Notes under the pieces: model-generated
Seen by the model: the letters and a program-made list of their open reading frames with translations, nothing else
Database searches by the model: none
Told to the model about the DNA's origin: nothing
Position numbers and translations under genes: made by a program
Virus record (IMG/VR): IMGVR_UViG_3300030397_000136
Span: 1-35,772 of that record
From: a virus
Taxonomy: Duplodnaviria; Caudoviricetes
Length of the DNA: 35,772 nucleotides
Reading direction: 5' to 3' (one strand)
Shown here: positions 31,997 to 35,772 of the stretch, piece after piece
Numbering within the stretch: position 1 is the stretch's first letter
Layout of the letters: each line of letters begins with the position of its first letter

Positions 31997-34501
31997 CTAT
32001 ATGTCAAAATACTGGTCTACATAATCTCCCACTTCGTCGTCGTACTGGTCTATGTACTTCATGTTTACGCCGTTAAGCAGTCCGTACAGTCTGTCTTCTA
32101 GCCCTATACTGTCGGTAAATAGTCTTCCGAGACTAAGCACGTTTGCAATACTCGTTACGAGTGTGATGCTTTCGGTAAATGCCCTGTTGAATGTCTGCAC
32201 TGTAGAAGAGCTAGCTACGAGCGTAACTGTGTCGGTAAATGTTCTTGCTAGGTTCTTGACAAAGCTTATATTTGCTACTGCCGTTACTGTATCGGTGAGT
32301 ACTTTTGCAGTTATCTTTACTGCCTCTGTTGCAGTAAGTGTAATGCTCTCGATAATCTGCTTGTTTGTAATGAGGTTATTTGTGATAGATGCTACGAGTG
32401 TAACTGTGTCGGTAAATGCCTTCTGCACGTCTTTCGTAATGCTATCTGCAAGAGCTATAGCATCGTCTAGCACCTTTCCTGTCTCTAGTGCTATCGAAGA
32501 CCCTAGTGTAAGTGTTTCGTCTACGTCTTGCGTGTATGCTGTTCCTCCTTTTATGTACTCCACGCTTAGAAACGGCTCATTGCCCGAGCTACCCGACCCG
32601 TAAATGTATGCAAATGACCTCGCCGTAGGCGCTGTGCCGTCTGCAAAGTCGTTAGCTCCTCTGATACCAAACTTACTTATCCCTGCCTTTGTAATATGGT
32701 CTCGTCCGTCGGAATTAAACTCAAATAGATACGCCTCTGTTGCTGATAGGTCGCCTAAATCTATATCGTCTGCAAACTTTGTAGTACCCCAGTTTGCACT
32801 TGCATAGTCTGCTGTCCCTAGTGTTGTTGCACTTGCGGGGCTTGAAGATACCAAAGAAAGGTCTGCAGGGTTTGTGCTTTCGCTGTCGTTTTTACCACTT
32901 CCACTATCGTATGTAATACCAATCACTGCATGGTTTATGTCTGCGCTCGATATTAAGTTTCCTGTAGGGAATTGCAGCACGTATCTCGATATGTCGTAGG
33001 TACTACTTGGTTTCTCACTCTTAAATGGTGTACTGCCTGGCTGTGTGTCTGCGCTTGTTGCTGTAGATGCGCTCCTTGTTGCGCTCCATGAAGCACCTGC
33101 ATCTTTCTGTACCTTTCCGTCTACTGCTGTTGTGTCTGGTATAAATCGTGCCGTTACGATGCCCCCGTAGTATTTGCTTATCTCCTCTGCAGTTTTTGCT
33201 CGTCGTGTAACTACCACCTCTGCCACCCTTCCGTCGAAGTATCGGCTATAGCTTCCACTGTTTCGTCGTGCGCCGATAATAAACCTCTCTGCGTTCGATA
33301 GGTCGTTACTCGTTGCACTCGTGCTGCCTATGTAATATCCGTCTATGTAAAGGTGTATCGTGCTGCCTTCACGTACTGCAGCTACGTAATATGTTGTTGC
33401 GTTGCTTAGGTTAAAGCTCCCCGAGCCTATGGTGTATGCCGTCGTACCATTGTCTACTGTAAACTTTATCTCTCCGTCTGCCTCAAAGTAAATGCCGTAC
33501 CATTTTCCGCTTCCGCTATTGTCCCCCTTCATAAGTACGTACTGGCTACTGTCGCTTTCTTTGTTAAGCATAAGCTCTATGGTGAAGTCTTGACTTGCCC
33601 CCATATCTAGGTCTGTCTGGCTAGCGTCCTCGATATATGCAAGGTCGCTGTTACTCGCCTCTTGGTCTAGGCTCTTGTCGTCTCCTCCACTCAAAAGGGA
33701 AGCTGCATACGCTGCTGTTCCTGTGTGCGTTAGGTCGTTGTCGTTTGCACTCTCGTCTAGTAGGTCGTCGTTAAACTTCCATTGCGCAGCTACATAGCTG
33801 TCGAGCGAGTGTGCTATCTGTTCGTCTTTATCTGAAAATGGTAAGTCGTTTGTTGGGTATGTTGGGCTGTTTGTTGCAGTAAGGTCGTTTCCGTTGCTGC
33901 TACTGTCGTTAGCGTCTCCGCTCAATTTGTAGTATGCCTGCAGGTTTCCGTCGCTTGCGTCCTGGCTAAACATATCTGCTCGTATCTCTGCCTCTGTTCG
34001 TATGTCGTCGTATACCCGCACTTCACTTAGTTGTCCGTCCATGTAATCCCCTGCTCCACCCGCACGGCTTGCAAGCCTAAACTCTGCAGCCGTGTTTTTC
34101 ATGTCTGTATTGCTTCCCGTAGGGCTTCCTACGTTCTCTCCGTTTATGTACCACTGCGCTTGACTTGCTGATGCGTCCCATGTCAAAGCTACGTGATACC
34201 ACGTATCTAGTTCCAGTGTTATGTCGTAATCGTATGTGTCTTCTGAATCACTACTGTTGTAATTCCTAAACCTAAACCTCTTAGTACCACTGTCGTCTCG
34301 GTACTGTATCTCATATGAGCGCACACCCGACCCTCCACGCTTCGACACTATTCGATAGTTTCCGCTCGGTAGGCTAGCTAGCTTTATACGGAACATAATT
34401 GTAATGTCTCCCGTGATGTCTAGCCCAGTTTGCGAAGCATCGGTAATTGTATGGTACTGACTGCTTGCTGCTATGTATTTTGCTGTTGCTGTCTTTGCCA
34501 T
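31997..34501 (-). CDS. Tail fibre / receptor-binding protein with two LamG (concanavalin-like) domains and C-terminal repeats
   Basis: WYHVALTWD...WYING...GQLSEVRVYD and YYVAAVREG...LYIDG...FDGRVAEV; FTDTVTLVAS repeats. Confidence 0.8.
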   Translation of the reverse strand: MAKTATAKYIAASSQYHTITDASQTGLDITGDITIMFRIKLASLPSGNYRIVSKRGGSGVRSYEIQYRDDSGTKRFRFRNYNSSDSEDTYDYDITLELDTWYHVALTWDASASQAQWYINGENVGSPTGSNTDMKNTAAEFRLASRAGGAGDYMDGQLSEVRVYDDIRTEAEIRADMFSQDASDGNLQAYYKLSGDANDSSSNGNDLTATNSPTYPTNDLPFSDKDEQIAHSLDSYVAAQWKFNDDLLDESANDNDLTHTGTAAYAASLLSGGDDKSLDQEASNSDLAYIEDASQTDLDMGASQDFTIELMLNKESDSSQYVLMKGDNSGSGKWYGIYFEADGEIKFTVDNGTTAYTIGSGSFNLSNATTYYVAAVREGSTIHLYIDGYYIGSTSATSNDLSNAERFIIGARRNSGSYSRYFDGRVAEVVVTRRAKTAEEISKYYGGIVTARFIPDTTAVDGKVQKDAGASWSATRSASTATSADTQPGSTPFKSEKPSSTYDISRYVLQFPTGNLISSADINHAVIGITYDSGSGKNDSESTNPADLSLVSSSPASATTLGTADYASANWGTTKFADDIDLGDLSATEAYLFEFNSDGRDHITKAGISKFGIRGANDFADGTAPTARSFAYIYGSGSSGNEPFLSVEYIKGGTAYTQDVDETLTLGSSIALETGKVLDDAIALADSITKDVQKAFTDTVTLVASITNNLITNKQIIESITLTATEAVKITAKVLTDTVTAVANISFVKNLARTFTDTVTLVASSSTVQTFNRAFTESITLVTSIANVLSLGRLFTDSIGLEDRLYGLLNGVNMKYIDQYDDEVGDYVDQYFDI
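32090..32535 (-). repeat. About eight degenerate 18-20 aa repeats ([KR]xFTDTVTLxxS)
   Basis: GTAACTGTGTCGGTAAAT recurs at ~32224 and ~32400; TCGGTAAAT recurs at ~60-nt spacing. Confidence 0.75.
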
Positions 34502-34504
34502 ATA

Positions 34505-34807
34505 TTATTGCTCGTCTGTTACATCTACCCACTCCATATTTTTGTCTTCACTCTCTGCGCCACGACCAATAATACGCATGTAGGTCTTGCCTTTCTCTTC
34601 GTAGGTGAATATGAGTATGTAGCCGTTCTCTCCGCTCGGGGTTACGTATTCCTGTGCCTCTACATCTATCCCTTTACTCTTTCTGTATTTCCTTGCCTTA
34701 TAAACAAAATCTTCGCTTTCTAAATAGCGTTCTTGTTCGACTGCGATAGTTGCTACACGCTTGTCTACTATCTTGTTTAATTCTTTTATCTTGGTTTTGC
34801 TTAACAT
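34505..34807 (-). CDS. Hypothetical tail-module protein
   Basis: 100 aa, stop 3 nt before fibre start. Confidence 0.7.
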   Translation of the reverse strand: MLSKTKIKELNKIVDKRVATIAVEQERYLESEDFVYKARKYRKSKGIDVEAQEYVTPSGENGYILIFTYEEKGKTYMRIIGRGAESEDKNMEWVDVTDEQ

Positions 34808-34811
34808 ATTG

Positions 34812-34856
34812 TGCCCTAGTCCTAGCCTCCATTTTCATAGAGGCTAGATTAAGGCA
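34812..34856 (-). other. Long intergenic stem-loop with GAAA tetraloop, no U tract
   Basis: TGCCTTAATCTAGCCTCTAT-GAAA-ATGGAGGCTAGGACTAGGGCA, ending 4 nt before ATG 34807. Confidence 0.65.
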
Positions 34857-34861
34857 TAAAC

Positions 34862-35533
34862 CTAGTCTACGTCGATGTCTATAGTTACCTGTAGACTGTC
34901 TCCGTTCACTACGTTTACTGCGCTGAATACTTGGCGGTTTAACAACACACCACTACTTGCTGCATTAAGCGCTCCTGCCTCTGTAACTGCAAACGTCGAG
35001 GTGAAGTTGAAAGTAAGCACGAGCCGTGCTGTATCGTTCGTTACGTCTGTCGTAGTTCGGCTTGCTGTCGCTGCTGCACGAGCGCCACCACCTGTTGTAA
35101 TCTCCGTTTCCAAAGTGGTGTCTCCTACTACTGCTGCGGTTGTACCTGTACCTATCGCAATGTAGGTAAAGGCTGCCTCACTACCCGCTCCGTTGATACG
35201 GCTTGCTACTCCTGCTTGCCCCGCACTTGTTACAAGGTTTGCACCCTTCATTGTGAAGCCATAAGCCCCAGTAATGAGTGGGATACGGAGACCAAAACCT
35301 GCAAGTCGGTTTAATACTCCGTCTTTTACGTAGCTGCTTTCTACTTCGCCTGCCTCGTTGCGAATATACGCAATAGGTTCTGGCTGCCACTGGCGGAAGA
35401 CCTTTAGCAAGACCCTACCTAAGTAGTTGTCTCTCCAAATCTTCTTATACTTTCCGTCCGCCCCTTTGAGGCGATACGTCATGTTGTCGCCCAGTGGTGC
35501 TTTTGGCTTGGTAGGCATTAGTCCTTTAAGCAT
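34862..35533 (-). CDS. Virion structural protein (tail-collar/DUF3751-like)
   Basis: NLVTSAG...FTYIAIGTGTTAA...DTTLETE...VTEAGALNAASSGVLLNRQVF. Confidence 0.7.
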   Translation of the reverse strand: MLKGLMPTKPKAPLGDNMTYRLKGADGKYKKIWRDNYLGRVLLKVFRQWQPEPIAYIRNEAGEVESSYVKDGVLNRLAGFGLRIPLITGAYGFTMKGANLVTSAGQAGVASRINGAGSEAAFTYIAIGTGTTAAVVGDTTLETEITTGGGARAAATASRTTTDVTNDTARLVLTFNFTSTFAVTEAGALNAASSGVLLNRQVFSAVNVVNGDSLQVTIDIDVD

Positions 35534-35536
35534 AGG

Positions 35537-35755
35537 CTATTTCTCGGCTACTTCTAACCCCTGCACCTCTTCCACGGCTTTGTCGGCTGCTGCCTCCTCT
35601 GCCTCTTGTGGTTCTTGTACAGCTTTTTGCTCAATCTCTGCACGTCGGGTTTCGAGCATTTTCTTTACGTCGTCCTTAATCTCCTTAGTTTTAGTTCCGA
35701 TAGGATAACCTCGTTTTACAATTTCAGTTACCTTTTTCTTCCCTGTCCCCTCGGT
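35537..35755 (-). CDS. C-terminal part of the ORF split across the contig ends (...TEGTGKKKVTEIVKRGYPIG...GLEVAEK)
   Basis: 73 open codons from the right-hand primer to TAG 3 nt before ATG 35533. Confidence 0.7.
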   Translation of the reverse strand, partial: TEGTGKKKVTEIVKRGYPIGTKTKEIKDDVKKMLETRRAEIEQKAVQEPQEAEEAAADKAVEEVQGLEVAEK

Positions 35756-35772
35756 GATCGTGACTGGGAAAC
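35756..35772 (-). other. Random-amplification primer (reverse complement); library artefact
   Basis: GATCGTGACTGGGAAAC = reverse complement of 1-17. Confidence 0.9.

Noticed and set aside
31997-34501. Diversity-generating retroelement targeting the fibre
   Set aside because: No reverse transcriptase and no template/variable repeat pair seen
1-35772. 17-bp terminal inverted repeat suggesting a linear genome or transposon
   Set aside because: It is the Round A/B random-amplification primer and it interrupts a gene

Overview
Essentially complete, circularly permuted ~35.7 kb tailed-phage genome with podovirus-like gene content. All credible genes lie on the minus strand, and both ends carry a random-amplification primer (GTTTCCCAGTCACGATC). 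In transcription order (right to left): tail/virion genes (tail-collar-like protein, LamG fibre, nozzle, adaptor, two ejection proteins), a multi-membrane-protein lysis module, an early/recombination block (3D-domain protein, SNF2 helicase, small HTH, Gp157-like, ERF, PD-(D/E)XK nuclease, HNH-like, NinB-replication fusion), many small accessory ORFs, then TerS, a wHTH + HerA-like ATPase pair, TerL, portal, scaffold and major capsid. I see no integrase, DNA polymerase, primase, tRNA or CRISPR array. Absent Shine-Dalgarno sites and several protein motifs suggest a Patescibacteria (CPR) host (inference only). The most unusual signals are non-coding: three promoters each with a helically phased DnaA box, an exact 34-bp late-promoter repeat, non-SD start motifs, and several structured intergenic RNAs in front of the capsid, scaffold and holin genes. 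Protein calls come from motif recognition by eye; no database search was run.
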